Below, piece by piece: positions 12,540-48,000 of a stretch of DNA of 64,000 nt (the stretch's first letter is position 1; the number at the start of each line of letters is the position of its first letter). Under the pieces are notes generated by a model, which saw only the letters and a program-made list of their open reading frames with translations, was not told where the DNA came from and ran no database searches. Source of the DNA: Vicugna vicugna. Its lineage: Eukaryota. The translations under genes were made by a program, and so were the position numbers. The stretch lies in the NCBI GenBank assembly GCA_013265495.1, contig MU057584.1, forward strand, positions 784,608 to 848,607, given 5' to 3'.

Positions 12540-13135
12540 CTCAGAATCGACGTGTCCTACAGGCTACCGGCTGGCGCGCAAGGTTCTGCTCTTCCCGCAG
12601 GGCCAGGGCCACTGCACTGGGCTTCACTTTCCGCGGGAGGGGTGGGGCGGGGGCCGGCCTCACCTGCGGGGGCGGGGCGATAGGTCGCCCCGCCCCTCGG
12701 CTCGAGACTAGGGGCGCAGCTGGAAGCGGCGGGGCGTGCGCAGCGCGGGCGGCACCGCGCAGTGGGAGCCGGAGCGGTCCGCGGTCAGGTGGGCGCCGGG
12801 AGTGCGGGGCGGGAGTGCCGGGAGCCGAGAGGATGGAGGTGGGGGCAGAGGATGTGGGCAGGGCCTGGCGCACCCCTGGGCCCACAGGCCTGATGAAAGG
12901 GGCGGGCCTTGGGGTCTCTGGACGCCCCTTGCCCAGCGGGCACCCCCGGGTCTGGAGGCCCAGCTGGGGCCGCGCCCCCTCCCCGGTGCGCAGGTAAACA
13001 GGAGCGAGGATGGGGCGGGGCCTGGGGAAGGGACGGGGCCCTTGGGACGGGGCCCTTGTGACGGGCCGGCAACGAACAGGCCTGGCGGCGGAGAAGCCAG
13101 GGTACCAGGGCCTGGGCCGGCCGGCCAGGGGTAAG
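12540..13135 (+). promoter_or_regulatory. KLC3: CpG island: probable KLC3 promoter and non-coding first exon
   Basis: CpG-dense with several GC boxes (GGGGCGGGG); candidate donor CAG|GTGGGC at 12788/12789. Confidence 0.65.
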
Positions 13136-13887
13136 TTGAGTGGTTTGAGGGGCTGGCCATGATGGAGGGGCCTCCTGCCTGCGAGTGTGTGCTTGTGCTT
13201 GTGCTTGTGCTTGAGGGATGGTGTACGAAGCTCAGGTGTGTGTGATGGTGTCAAGCTGTGGCTACAGGTGTGAAAGGGAGATGGACTGCGAGGGCACAGA
13301 GGGACTGTGCGAATGATGTGAAACCGATTCAGTGAAGTGAAAATGTGGGTGACCTCTGATTGTGTGTCTGTAATGCCTTGTGTGTGTGTTTGGCAGGGAG
13401 TTGAACTGTTTCTAGAATTGTGAGTGTGACCAAGAGGTTGTGTGGCCGTGGTTGTCTCTCTGCTCGTGAGATGGGTGAGGTGGCAGAGAGGTGGGCACTA
13501 TGGGGTACAGGATGGATGTATGGGGTGTGACTGTGATTATTGTTGTCAGCTGTGTGGTTGGGTGCACCTGTCTGAACACGTGAAGGGGAGTTTGCTTTTT
13601 GGAGGATGGTATGAATGGGAGAGCTGGTGTGTGTCTAGGAAACAACCTGAGTGATGTGTGGCTGTGGTCAAGCTGTATGTGTCGCCTTGACAGTTACTGC
13701 GTGAGGTTGTGTCTAGAACATTCGGCTCAGGATCTGAGATTGTGCATGATGTTGTGGGAGGTTGTATACGTCCACAAAATTGCAGGAGTAATGGTTGTGG
13801 TAGTCAGGATGACTGTCGATGAACTTGTGTGGTTGTGAGTCTGAATATTTATGTGACTTGCATGTGAAGTGTGAGACTATGGTGTGT

Positions 13888-14175
13888 TATACATATGCAC
13901 ACATATATACTATGTAGAGATTGATGTATACATGAGCACATAGATTGATACATACACAAGCACATATATATAGAGATATATACATGAGCATGTATACATA
14001 GAGGTTGATATATACATGAGCACATATATACATAGATTGATATATACGTGAGCACATATAGAGCACATATAGACATAGATTGATACATATGTGAGCACAT
14101 ATAGAGAGACTGAGGTATACATGAGCATATATATACATAGGGATTGATACATACACAAGCACATATGTACATAAA
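13888..14175. repeat. Degenerate AT-rich minisatellite (about 26-32 bp unit ATACATGAGCACATATA..ATAGATTG)
   Basis: Recurring GAGCACATAT and TTGATA(C/T)AT blocks. Confidence 0.8.
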
Positions 14176-14809
14176 GACTGATGGTGGTGACGAGGCTGCG
14201 GTATATAAAACCCACAGGATCACCTGCCTGCCCTTACCGTGTGTTTAAGTGTGTGTGATTATGAGCATGCGAGCAGGTGCAAAGAGCAGTGGGCTGCTCA
14301 TGGTGGGAACAGTCGTTTGAGTGAAGTAAGCCTGAGAGGGAGTGTGCGGAGAGCATCGGACTACCTCTGTGTCTCTGCAGCTGTCCGTGCCGTGAGCACC
14401 CGCTTGCAACAGTCTAAGAGTCTGCGATCAGGGGTCACTGGAGCGTCCGTGCGCGAAGCTCTGAAGTGCATGTGTGTGTGTGTGTGAGTCCCTGGCTGGC
14501 CGGGGCGGTGGAGGAAGTGGGGAAGGTGGTGACGGGTCCATGGCGAATCCTGGGAGAGTGTGTGTGTGTGGAGGTGGCGTTGGGTGTAGGATGGAGAGCC
14601 GGCTGCTTGCAGAACTGTGTGAGGGTGGGAGAGGGCATGTGTCATGAGCCTGAGTGCAAGGAGACAGTCAAATGGGAGTGATTTGGGATTTGGTTATATT
14701 TTTGCAGGTGACAGAGTTGAGTGAGGAGACAGGGAGGTAGTTTCTTCATTGCTGGCTTCTGTTTCTGAAAGGGAAATACACCTGTGTGTTGGGTTGTATT
14801 TTCTTTTTT

Positions 14810-14930
14810 GGGGGGGTGGAGGGTAAGTATTTGGTTTATTTATTTATTATTTTTAGAGGAGGTTCTGGGGATTGAATCCAGGACCTCATGCATGCTAAGC
14901 ACTCTACCATTTGAGCTATACCCTCCCCCC
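14810..14930 (-). mobile_element. tRNA-derived SINE (camelid type)
   Basis: GGGGGGAGGGTATAGCTCAAATGGTAGAG...GGATTCAATCCCCAG on the minus strand. Confidence 0.85.
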
Positions 14931-16121
14931 AGGAGCATAGATGCGCTATTTCTGAAAGAAGATTGTATTGAATGTATTTGTGTGTGCACCTGAGTTAGCG
15001 TGCTGTGTTAGGTTGTATTTTGAAAGGAAATGTGGATGGGTGTGAGTGTGTGTATTGTATTTTTTTTATTACTTTTTTAAAACAACTTTATTGAGGTATA
15101 ATTTCTGTACAGTAAACTACACATATTTCAGATGTACAATTGGATGAATTTTGATAGATGTATGCACCAATGAAACCACCACCACAATCAAGATACCAAA
15201 CATTTAAAAGAAAGTATGTGCATTGTATTTCTGAGAGAAGGACGTGTATTACGTTGTGTTTCTGAGGGGTGTGTGTGAGAAGGCATATATCTGAGACAGT
15301 GTGTGTGTATATTGTATCATATTTGAAAGAAGAGAAGAGTATGTGTTATTTCTGAGAACCCTCAGCTCTCACACAGCCAGGGTGACATCCGTGGGCCACG
15401 CCTGCCACACGTGTGTCCCAACACGCCTTGGGCAGGCTGGACCTGTCTGCAGCAGAGGGTGGAGCCTGTTTCCTCTGGGTCTGTCAGTTCCTAAGGCCCT
15501 GGGAGCCGCCACGTGGGGCCCCCTCCCTGACCTCTCCAATCTGGAGGCCTCCTCTGCTTCCAGCACCCCAGCCCCATGGCCCTCTCCTCCCGCCCCACCC
15601 CCAGTGGTCTGACTGGTTCCCAACAAAAACACCCTGAGAATGAGCTCACGGAGAGGCTGCCGCCTCCACACATACGTCCACCCCACACGCCCAGGAGGGG
15701 AGGGCATTTCCAGTCCCAGGTGACACAGCCCGGAGCGCTGGGCCAGGGTATCCGGGGGCCTTGGGGTGGGCAGGGCTGGCCGGGTGAACTGAGGGCAGGT
15801 GGGAGGCCAGCAGATGGCTGTTTGTCCTCCTTCGGTTAATTACACAGAGTGAGATTTTGGAGTTGCCTTCAGGGCAGGGCCCTGGACTGAGGACAGGCAA
15901 AGGGAGACTAGAATGTTCCCAGCTGTGGGCTGGCCGGGATGGGTGTGGGACAGGGTGCTGGCTGGAGTGAGGAGAGCATGGGAACAGAGGGGTGGCTGGG
16001 CTGGGCGGGTAGGGAGGGAGCTGGGAGGGGGCTTGTGAACCCTAGTGGCGTGGAGGCTGAGAGGCTGGCTTGCCTGGCCCTGGCAGTGACCCTCCAACCC
16101 CGGTCACCCCCAGGAGCAGCA

Positions 16122-21078
<4,957 letters not shown>

Positions 21079-21215
21079 AGTCGACTTGGCTGCAGCTTCT
21101 GGGGATGAGTGGGAGAGAGGTGGGCAGAGGGGAGTCTGTTCATCTCCATGGCTCTCCCCTGGCCTCCTGGGGGCCCCCACTATCTTGGGCTTTCCTGTTG
21201 CCCTCTCCTTCTGCA

Positions 21216-21221
21216 ATTAAA
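21216..21221 (+). terminator. KLC3: KLC3 polyadenylation signal ATTAAA
   Basis: ATTAAA about 140 nt after the KLC3 stop codon. Confidence 0.7.
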
Positions 21222-21354
21222 GGCTGTAGATTTGGCAGCCAGAACATCTGCCTCAGGTTTCCTCCCTCAAGGTGCCCTCTGAACCACCAGGATCCAGGGC
21301 CAGGTCAGACTCGGAGTCACCACAAACACCTTTTATGTTCCCAACCCCCTCACG

Positions 21355-38276
<16,922 letters not shown>

Positions 38277-39269
38277 GGCGCCGGTCGGGGCTTGAAGCAG
38301 CGTGGACCCGCCTCCTTCATGAATATTCAGTAAAGGCAGGATCCGCGGGGCAACCGCGAGGGGGCTACTTCAACCTTCGTCACGACGCCATTGGTTGATT
38401 CCTCCCGTCACTCCGGGGGGCGACGTAAATCGGGATAATACGCGTGCGCACGGAAAAGCAGGGGTAGGGGGGCGGGCTCCGGGAGAGGTGGTGCCGAAGG
38501 CATAGCTGAGGATCACCGAGTACCAAGAACAAAACATGAAAGGAAGAGAACAGAGAGAATCGATCCCACTCAACGGGATTCGGTCTTCCTGCATCTGTTC
38601 AGATTATCTGAGTAGCGAATACATACTAAGTTTCATCCTATTATATTCTAGATATTAAGATTTCCTCCCTCCTTTCCCCCCTACTTTAACAAGGTAGCCA
38701 GGGCTAGAATGTGGGAGGCCAGAGAGGGTTCCTGATCCAGTCTGGGGGATCAGGGAGGGCTTCCTGGAGGAGTTGTCTCTTTGAGAACTGAAGGTGAGGA
38801 GCAGGAGTGAGATAGGATAAGGTGGGGGAGACGACGCTGCAGGCAAAAAGGACACCATTGGAGGCAAGTAGAAACCAGAGGAGTAAGCAGCATGATGCTG
38901 CTGGAGTGCGACATGGGGAACACAAACTTCTCTGAAATAGAAGACACCAAGATTAACTCCCAACCACCTGACGTCACATGTATTTGCTCTTCCCAGTTTG
39001 TCTCCTTGTACATGGCACTGCAAGGAGCATTTCTGTGGCATCTCTTAAGGCTCAGAGTCACGTCAGCAACCTCACTAACTGGCTCAGCCCCCATCCCAGC
39101 CCTGCCCACTCTGGGTCCTCATTATCTGGGGATGATTCTGTCTCCCCCACCGGACTGTAAGCGGCAGGAGGGCAGGGCTGAAACTGTCTTGGTCACCGCT
39201 GTATGCCTTTTACCACCCAGTACAGGGTATGTAGAGTAGGGGCTCAATGAATATACGCTCAAGTCCCTC

Positions 39270-39424
39270 ACAGTCTGCCCTCTGTATCCGCGGATTCGGA
39301 ACCCGAGGACACAGAGGGCAAACTGTACTACGACATTTTATATGAGAGACTTCAGTATCCGCAGATTTTGGTATCCGCAGCAGTCCAGAACCAATCTTCC
39401 CGCTTATACCAAGGGATGACTGTA
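39270..39424 (-). mobile_element. Tigger/MER2-family non-autonomous DNA transposon
   Basis: Reverse-orientation relative of the 35578 copy; ends CAGTC...GACTGTA. Confidence 0.7.
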
Positions 39425-39560
39425 TTTCAATCTGCCGTTGATTGACCAGAACCTGCGGATAACGAGGGCCATGTGTATTCCATTCCTTTGAACACATCAC
39501 TACATCCAGCTTATGATCAAGGGAAGGGGCTACTCAAGGGTGTGAATACCAGGAGGGAGT

Positions 39561-39662
39561 GGGGAAGGTATAGCTCAAGCGGTAGAGTACATGCACAAGA
39601 TCCTGGGTTCAGTCCCCAGTACTGCCTCTAAAAATAAATAAGTAAACCTAATTACTTCCCTC
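39561..39662 (+). mobile_element. tRNA-derived SINE (camelid type)
   Basis: GGGGAAGGTATAGCTCAAGCGGTAGAG...GGGTTCAGTCCCCAG...AAACCTAATTACTTCCC. Confidence 0.85.
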
Positions 39663-39894
39663 AACACACACCTTAAAAAAAAAAAAGCCAAAAAATACCA
39701 GGTGGCAGGGGTGATTGAGAACCAATCTTAGCAATGACTCCTCCTTCCTCCTGGTCTATGTAGTTGCTGTTCCCTCTTGTCTGGAAGGCTTTTCCCTCTC
39801 TGCGTGGCTTTCTCCCTTGTCTCCCTCTTCCAGGTCCTTTCTCCAGCAAGGACTTTCCCTGACCACTCTATTTAAATAGGAATACTCCCTAGGT

Positions 39895-40890
39895 ATCTTC
39901 CCCAGAGATCTCCAGGCCCTGATCCCTGGAACCTATGAAGGTTCCATTATACGTGTCAACCAAAGGCAAAACAAAACACAGAAGGCTGCAGATAAGAAAA
40001 GTTTATTTGGAGTCTTAAGAATTGCAATTCAGGAGACACAATTTCCTGTAAAACTGAAGGAGTGCTCCAGGGAAGAGAGTCAGGGGCTTATAAGGAAAAA
40101 ATCCAACAAACAAACAAAAGCAAAAAGACAAAAGCACAAGGTTGTTAAAGTTGTCTGGCAAGAATCCTCATTGACTCTGATGCAAGCCAGGGGATACTTG
40201 TCCTTAGGCAATCAAGAGTTATTTTAGGGTAAGTGTCCCATAAATAGATAATCTGTCATGAGTTTTAGGGTAAGGGTCCAATAAGTATCTTGCATTTTTG
40301 GCAGTTGTTCTGGGTGTCTATGTTAAGACAGTAAGTGGTCAAAAGGTCAGATTCCATCAAGCCTGGGATGTGCATAAGTGATACTTCCTAGGTGACCTAG
40401 CCTCCCATTTCCATTTGAGAGAGCTCTTTTAGCAATACTGACTCCATTTTTATTTTCCTTCTACATATGGCAAAAGGGAATTTGCAGGTGTGATGAAGTT
40501 AAGGTTCTTGAGCTACCTGGGTGCCCTAAATATAATCACAAGTGTCCTCCTAAGTAAGAGAGAGATTCGACAGCAGGCCAGAAACAGAGACAATGTAACA
40601 CAGAAGCAAGACGCCAAGCTGTGGGCTTTGAAGTTGGAGGAAGAGGCAGAGCCAAGGAATGCAAGGAATGCAGCTCTAGAAACTGGAAAAGACAAGGAAA
40701 TTGATTCTTCCCTACAGCCCCAGGGCGGGCGGGGGAAGCGGGTGTGGAGTGCAGCCCTGCTAACACCTTGATTTCAGTCCAGTGAAACTAACTTCAAACT
40801 TCTGATTTCCAAAATGTAAGAAAATTAATGTGTGTTATTTTAAGCCTCCTAGTTTGGAGTCATTTGTGACAGTAGCCTAAGAAACAAATA
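39895..40890 (+). mobile_element. MLT1-type MaLR LTR interrupted by an ERV solo LTR
   Basis: GGCAAAAGGGAATTTGCAGGTGTGATGAAGTTAAGG, GAGCCAAGGAATGCA...GCTCTAGAAACTGGAAAAGACAAGGAAA, end GAAACAAATACA. Confidence 0.75.
39954..40465 (-). mobile_element. ERV solo LTR (512 bp)
   Basis: TG...CA termini, 4-bp TSD TACG (39950-39953) and TATG (40466-40469), AATAAA near the minus-strand 3' end. Confidence 0.75.
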
Positions 40891-41469
40891 CATTTCCAAC
40901 TACTAAAAAAATGATAATATTTCAAAAACACATAAATAAACCTAATTACCTCCCCCTTAATAAGACAAAAAAAAAAAGAAAAGAAAAGAAAGAAAGAAAG
41001 AAGAGAGGCAGAAGCCAAGGAAAATCACTCTCCAAGGTCATACCCTCGAAAAGGCCACATGGATTTCCAGTAGATAAAGCCCTTTTGAAGATGATCTCAC
41101 AAGCCATAATTTCAACACATGTGAGGAAACAATGAACCATGAGTGAGAACCAGCAGATATAACAAATTACAGAAGCAGATGGCCCCAAACTTCAGATAGA
41201 ATTATCAGACATATACTATAAAATAAAGAGGCTTAAGATGCTAAGAAACGTAAAAGAAAAATCCAAAACATGAAAAAAGATCAAGACACTACCAAAAAAA
41301 AAAAAAAAGGCAGGGGTATTTGAAAGAGGAAGAATTGGATTTACAGGCAGGAATCCTTTCTAAAGGAGCTACTTGAAGACTGGTTTGCCAAAAAAAGTAA
41401 CAATGGCGAGTACTTATTAAGTTAGAACGGAATCCAAAGAGAAGGAAGTCAATTTCTGTGCAAACTATC

Positions 41470-41475
41470 TTTATT
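41470..41475 (-). terminator. PPP1R13L: PPP1R13L polyadenylation signal AATAAA
   Basis: TTTATT on plus, about 530 nt downstream of the stop codon. Confidence 0.65.
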
Positions 41476-42000
41476 TATAAAGAAAAACTTCCCTGTTTTG
41501 TTATAAAACCAGCGTTGTGTGGAGGCACTTGATTGGGGAGAAGTGGGGCAGGGATGCTGGTAGAGACAAATGTGCCTGACCCGGTCCCTAAAGGCTACTG
41601 GTAAAGATGGGAGCGGAGGTGACTCCTGGGGAAATCCAGTAGAGGTGACCCATCCCAGACTCCACTAGGATGGCTGGTTGGCTTGGTTTGGGGGTAAGGG
41701 ACTCGGCAGTAGGAGTAGGAGGCACTTTGGACGGGATCTGATTTGGCAAATGTGGGGGTCTCTCTTGCCCCCAGTGATTCTCAGCCCCACCATGACCTCC
41801 ATTAGCTAAGGCAGATTTCTAAACTTAAGGCTGGGGTTCTCCTTCTCCCCAGGGCTTCCAGGGAAGCAGAGAGCTATTGGCAAGGATCCCATCCCTGCAA
41901 GGGCTTGGGGCGCAGAGAGATGCAGCAGTAACGGAGGGGGAGGTCTGGAGAAGGCAGTGCTGCTTCTTCCTGTCTCCCTTGGAAACGTCTTTTTCTCCAG

Positions 42001-45000
42001 CTAGACCTTATTCCTCTGAGGCTTCACCCTGGGGAAGAGCTGAGGGAAGACAGGATCTTCAGACACCAGGAGCTCCCCTCACTCCACCCTCAAATATAAC
42101 ACAATCACCAAATCCACCCCCAAACACCTGGAGTGTCTCCATCCTTCCATCCCTTCCTAGTAGACTCACTCAGCATCTCCCAAACCACATGGGAGTCCCC
42201 AAGTCCCCTGTCACCTCCATGCACCAGATGGAGCCTTGACGAAATGGAATATTCTGAGTTTCCCAAATGGCCAGAAAAAAAAAACCCGCTGGCCACCCCC
42301 TACCACCATGGCTGTCTAATCAGGACCCACTTCCACCTATTCCCCCAATTGAAGGAATCTTCTCCCCCAGGAATATAACGGGATCTTAATGGTCTCCTCC
42401 CCTAACTTAATAGAATCTCCCTCATTTCTACTATAATTTTATTAATGGATTCTTCCTCCCTCTGCCCAATGTGGTGTAACAGAAGCGCCCTCACCATCAC
42501 ACCTATGATATACAGTTCTTTAACTGCCTCATCTCTAAAATGGGATTCTTCATGGCTCCCCTTGGCTAAAGTACATTCTTCTTTACCTCCCCATGAATAT
42601 AATTCGGGATATTAAAAATATTTGATTGAGCATGAACCCATCAAATAACCAGTAAGACAGTACTGGTGAGTACCCCCACGAAGTACCACCAGTAAGGGCC
42701 CTCCCTTATTTTAGTGGACTCTTCCTCAGCTCCCCAAGACCAATAATGGACTCTTCTGACCTCCCCTCCTCCCCAATATAATGGACTGTCCCTCTTGCCC
42801 CTCTTTTTCCTGTAGGATCACCCTTTTCCTCAAACAGCAAGCAGGAGGCACGGTATCTCTTCTGGGCTCACCCCGAAGTAGTTACGGGGCACGTAGCCCT
42901 CCTGGCCGTGCAGCGTGGCCCACCACCAGTCGGTCTCCTCCAGTCCGTCCCTCCGAAGCACGGTGACCGACTCGCCCTCGCGGAAGGACAGCTCGTCCCC
43001 GAACTCGGCGCTGTAGTCCCACAGGGCGTACACCACCCCGTTGTGCATCAGCCCCATGCTCTGCTCCACGTCTGAAACATCAGACAGCAGGGATCGTAAG
43101 CGCGCAGTCCAAGGGGTCCACAAACACTCAAGGATAAGGGGACAGACACAGACCGTGGGATTTGGCAGGCGCCACCTGGGGACATGAGTCATTTGAAAAG
43201 TTGTGTACCCCTGTCTGGAGAGGGGAGCCTGAGCTGGAGTCAGCTGCAGGTACTAGCAGTCTCTAAAACACTGGGGTAAATCAAGATGGGCCACCAACCC
43301 CCGAGGCAGGGTCCGTGATCACACTGATCCCCCCTCCATAAAAGATAAATTTTCCAGAGAAGATGTAATAATTTTCCAGATAGTATAGCCCACCTGAACC
43401 TCCCCTACCCCCTTAAGTGGTTAAATTCCTATCAAGGATTTAGCCTCCTTTCCAGATGATAGTCCACCACGCTCCCCCTCTTTAGTGGTTCATTTCGCGT
43501 GTTCTCCTCTCCCCTCCCTTGCCACGCCTCCCCCCGTGCGCTGTCCTATCTCTGCTTCACGCTCACAGAACTCCCCCACGTCCCTGGCAGGTAGGACAGT
43601 AAAATCTTCATATGTCAGTCTCCACCTCACTGTGACAAAGGTGATCACAGTCTCCCTCCCCAAAGCTCACTGTCCTACTCCTCTTCAGTGGACCTTTTAC
43701 TTCCCGCCCCAGTGGTCCAGTCCGGATCTGCCACTGCCCACGGATAAGGCAGGTGTCACAGACCCATGGCTGCCACCCACTTTCTGCTGTAGCCCAGCAG
43801 ACTGTCCCGTAGTCCCTCTAGGGTCACCCCTCAAATACACTGCCCCACCTCCAGGTCCTACAGCCTGCCTTGGTCCAGCTCTGTGAAGCTCCGAACTCCA
43901 CCTTATGATACAGTTGGCGCCTCCAGGTGTGCAGCACAGACCCTAGGCACGCCCCCATGGTACAGTCTACCTAGTTCCTCCCATCACCTGTTTAGGTGAT
44001 GTGCCCCACCTCCTGGAGATATGTGACACAGCCTCATGTCTCCCTTCAAGTGGAAGTGTCCCCAAGCCTCTCCCCTAAAACCATGGCCTGCTCACCTGTC
44101 ACCTGTATGGTACTATACCTCCCACAGGTAGCACAGCCCACATGCCCAGCCCTATGCCAGGTGGATGGTATAGTTGGAACATCCAACTCCCCACCCCCGC
44201 CGATGCGAAACAGATAAAGCAGCCCAATCTCCACAAACCACTCCTCCCACAGGTGTCCAGCTTGCGTGGCACAGTCCTTGTACCCCTCTCCCTCGAAGGT
44301 GGCACCGTCTGCTCCCTCCTACACACACCCTTCTTGCACCTGCCAGTCCCCAACCCCTGCAGGTGGTCCATTCCGCTGGCCCTTCCTCTGTGATGCTGCC
44401 ACTTGGTTGATACAGCCCCTAGAGCTTCTCTCTAGGGAGCTGCAGTCTGCAGCTTCCCCACCCACCCCCAACCCAACACCTGCCAGCTGGACGGCCCAGT
44501 CCCAGCGCCCCCCTCCCCCAGGGGTGGCCCAGCCCGCCCACCGGGGCACTGCAGCTCTGCCTCGCACCTGCCAGGTAAGTGGCGCAGTCTGCGTAACCCT
44601 CGCGGTAAGGGTCACACTTCTCGATGGCGGTGGCGCCGTCACTGAGCGTGGTGGCGAAGATTGCCGCGCCGTGCTGCACCAGCGCCGTGCAGATGGCCGT
44701 GTCGTTGCACGACGCCGCGCAGTGCAACGGTGTCCTGGGCGTGGGAGGCATGCGTGAGAAGCCGCGAGGTCGCCCGCAAGGATCCCGACCCGCAGCGCCG
44801 TCCCCGCCCCACGTCGGCCACGCCGTCAGGGCTCACCAGCCGTGGCTATCGGGCGAGTTGACGTTGGCACCCGCCGCGATGAGGAAGTCCACGATGGGGT
44901 AGTTGGCGCCGCAGATGGCGTTGTGCAGGGCAGTGATGCCCTCCTCGTTGGGCTGGCTCGGGTCGTTCATCTGCCAGGGAGCGGGAGGCTCAGTCCGGCG

Positions 45001-48000
45001 GCTGCCACCCGGCCTCCCGCTCCTCCACCCCAGCAGCCCTGCTCTCTAGCAACACTCACCTCCTTCACCGCCTGCTGCACCACGTCCAGCTCCCCGGTCA
45101 GCGCGGCGTCCAGCAGCAGCACAAGTGGGTTGAGGCGCGCGCGGCGGACCTTGCGCGGGGAGCCGGCCTTCCGCAGCACCGAACGCATCTCCTGGGAACA
45201 GGGCCAGGGGCTTCAGTGGCTTGAGAGGATCGCTAACACATACATTACTCAGAGTGGGAACCAGAAGCTCAGGGACTTGACGGCAACAGCCCCAGGTCAT
45301 CCAACTAGACAGGGGTGTGATTGAAACTGAGGAATGTGCAGAGCCTGAGTCCAGAGGACCATGGGAAGGAGGGCCCCTCAGTTCTACAGCCTCTGGTTCC
45401 CTACAACAGTTAGAGAATCTAATGAATCGCAGGCCCTGAGACCAGAGAGGAAGCTGGGAGGCAATCAGATTGATGATTGTGGGAGCCAGATATTTCTTTT
45501 ACATATATATATATATATAAAAAAAAAAGCTATGAAGCACACCTGACAAGGTGTTACCAAGTGTTAATTCTGGATGTTTGGAATTAGAATGTTTATCGTA
45601 TTATTCCTTGTGGTTTCTTATTTTCGATTTTCAAGTATCCTCCTACAAAATCCATTTATTCTGAGCATGTAGCATTTGTGATTCTGGTCCTTGATGTCAA
45701 TGATTTCAAGATTCTGGAATTTGGAGATCCCAGGAGCCACTGGTTTCAAAATTCTCTGATACTCAGTTATTACAAGTTTCTAATTATGTTGTGAGTCCAG
45801 AAATGCTAAGTTGTGCCATTTCAAATTGCTGAAGACCCAAGGCACTGCATTCCCAAGATTCTGAGTGAGAACTTTAATATTTTATGGTTAGAATTTCATT
45901 CCAAAAGATTGCAAGGAAATACTCAAAATGTTAATCGTGGTTCTCTCTAGTGCTGTCACTTTGGCCTCATTCTTCTACTTGTTATTTATTTCCTCCAGCT
46001 TTCTGTGATGTTTGTTTATTCCTTTCTAGTGGAAAATATTCATTTGAAATAAAATTCTGTATTATGTTAGTGCACTAATTGGTGATTTTATGGTTCAAAT
46101 GATGAGCCTAATTTCTCATTTGGGTGACTTCAAGAATTAGTAATAACCAGGGTTTGTGTTACTAACTTTTCAATTTAAGATCCTGTTCAAACCTTCAGTG
46201 TTCAAGGATTCTGAAATTCCACAGTTCTGAGATTGTGATGCCAGGATTTAATTCTTGAATTCTGTGAATTTTCAAGTTTCCCTGTGATCAGGGATTCTAC
46301 AGTGAGGCCGCTTGACCATTTCAAGATGTTTTCATTCTCCTATTCTTGATTTCAAGATCCTGAGCCTCAATATTTCTTGGCTCCACTCTCAGAAGGGCCC
46401 AGGAATAGGCATTTTGGGGTCCACCTGGCCCCCACTTCTCATTCCTCTCCCTCCGTCTACCCACACTGAGCAATGAGGATTGTTCCATTTGACTACACCC
46501 CACACCCCCAGCCAAGATACCGAAATCAGACCAAGATCAGCAAGAGAGCATCCCCTGGTCAAATGATAACAATAATAGTAAGCAGTTGAGTGCCAGATGC
46601 TATTCTAGGCACTATATTATGTATTTAATCCTTATAGCAACCCTATGGTTAGTCTCATCCCCATTTTACAGATGAGGAAACCAAGACCCAGAGGGGCTAA
46701 GTGTCTTGTCCAGGGTTGTACCCCTGATTAGCTCAGCAGCTGATGCACTTAACCATGACACCCAAAGCCTCAGAGACCAGAGATTTGTTTTTGAAAATGT
46801 GAATGGAAGAAGCTCTGACTAGAGTCAGAAGATATCAACAGACTTGAACTGAGAGGTTATTTTGAGTCAGGGCTGGTGGGCCATTTCTAGCCACAGCGCA
46901 GGCTTGCTGAGGTGTAAAAGGAAAGAATGGATCCCCAGAGAAGGCGGACATGAGAGACTATGCCAACTAGGGAGAGAAATGGTGACTGACTTGATTCAGG
47001 CAGGTTTTTCAGATCCCAGAATAAACCCACTGTTGTGCCAAGATGAAGTCATTTCCAGGTTGTAAGACTCTAAGATTCCTAAAGGGGGATGTGGACAGGT
47101 TACTGGAGAGGAACAAAGAAAGTCTCAGTGTGGTCAAGACTTTTGGATGCCCCTCCATGCATGTTCTCCCTTTCCTCTGTACACGAGTACACTTAGATTA
47201 AAAACTACATTTCCCAGCCTCCCTTGCAGCTGGGTTCCTGGCCAGTGGGATGCAGTAGATTGTTTGCTGTGATATGTGCAATTTCCAGATTCTGTTCCAA
47301 AAGGGAAGGGATGCCTCCATATAATAACTAATATACCCCCAGTTCCTCCTGTATTACTTACCATGCTCTGTGGCTGCTCTGGTGGGCTGCTCTGGAGCGG
47401 GGCTGGGGGAGGTATGGGAGCTGGAGGGGCAGGAGCAGGGGGCCCTGCCCTGGCCTCAGATCCCTCAGTGATGGGAGACAGCTCCGGCTCAGGCCCCCCA
47501 GGCCCCCCATGACGATGGAAGAGGCGGCTGATGATCTGCTGGTACTGCTTTTTGTGGGTGGGGGGCAGGGCTACAGCAGGGCTCTGCTCCATGGAGCCCC
47601 TGCGTTTGAGGGGCCGTGGAATCTCAGCCAGCACCCGTGCCACCTCCTCCAGCTCAGGCACTGACTGTGCCTCGGGTGGCAGTGCTGGCTGCAGCCGTGT
47701 GGGACTAAGGGGCCGAGTGACAGCCCCTTCGTCTGAATCACCAGCCTCCAGCACTGGTGTCAGCAGCCCCTCCAGTTCTGGTTCAGGCTCTAACTCAGGG
47801 GGAGGTTTGGGGAGGCCTGGAAGGAACAAGAGCACAATCAGAGGAGGGGACTCTGGGAGACCCTCAAGACTTCCTCCCCACAACTTCCAGGACCTGCAAC
47901 CAGCACTTGATTTGCTGTGTGACCTCAGGGTAGCTCCTTGCTCTCTCTGGGCTATACTTCCCTGGGTTGTGAATAACAGACAATTATGACATCCCCCATT

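Noticed and set aside
12541..13254. 237-aa minus-strand ORF in the KLC3 CpG island
   Set aside because: Pro/Arg/Gly-rich translation typical of CpG-island sequence; no coding signature.
13888..14175. Repeat-spacer-like periodicity suggesting a CRISPR array
   Set aside because: Eukaryotic low-complexity minisatellite with degenerate units, no unique spacers and no cas genes.
39561..39620. tRNA-like A and B boxes (GGTATAGCTCAAGCGGTAGAG...GGTTCAGTCCC)
   Set aside because: SINE head with the family tail and no intact cloverleaf; not a tRNA gene. The same applies to the other copies.
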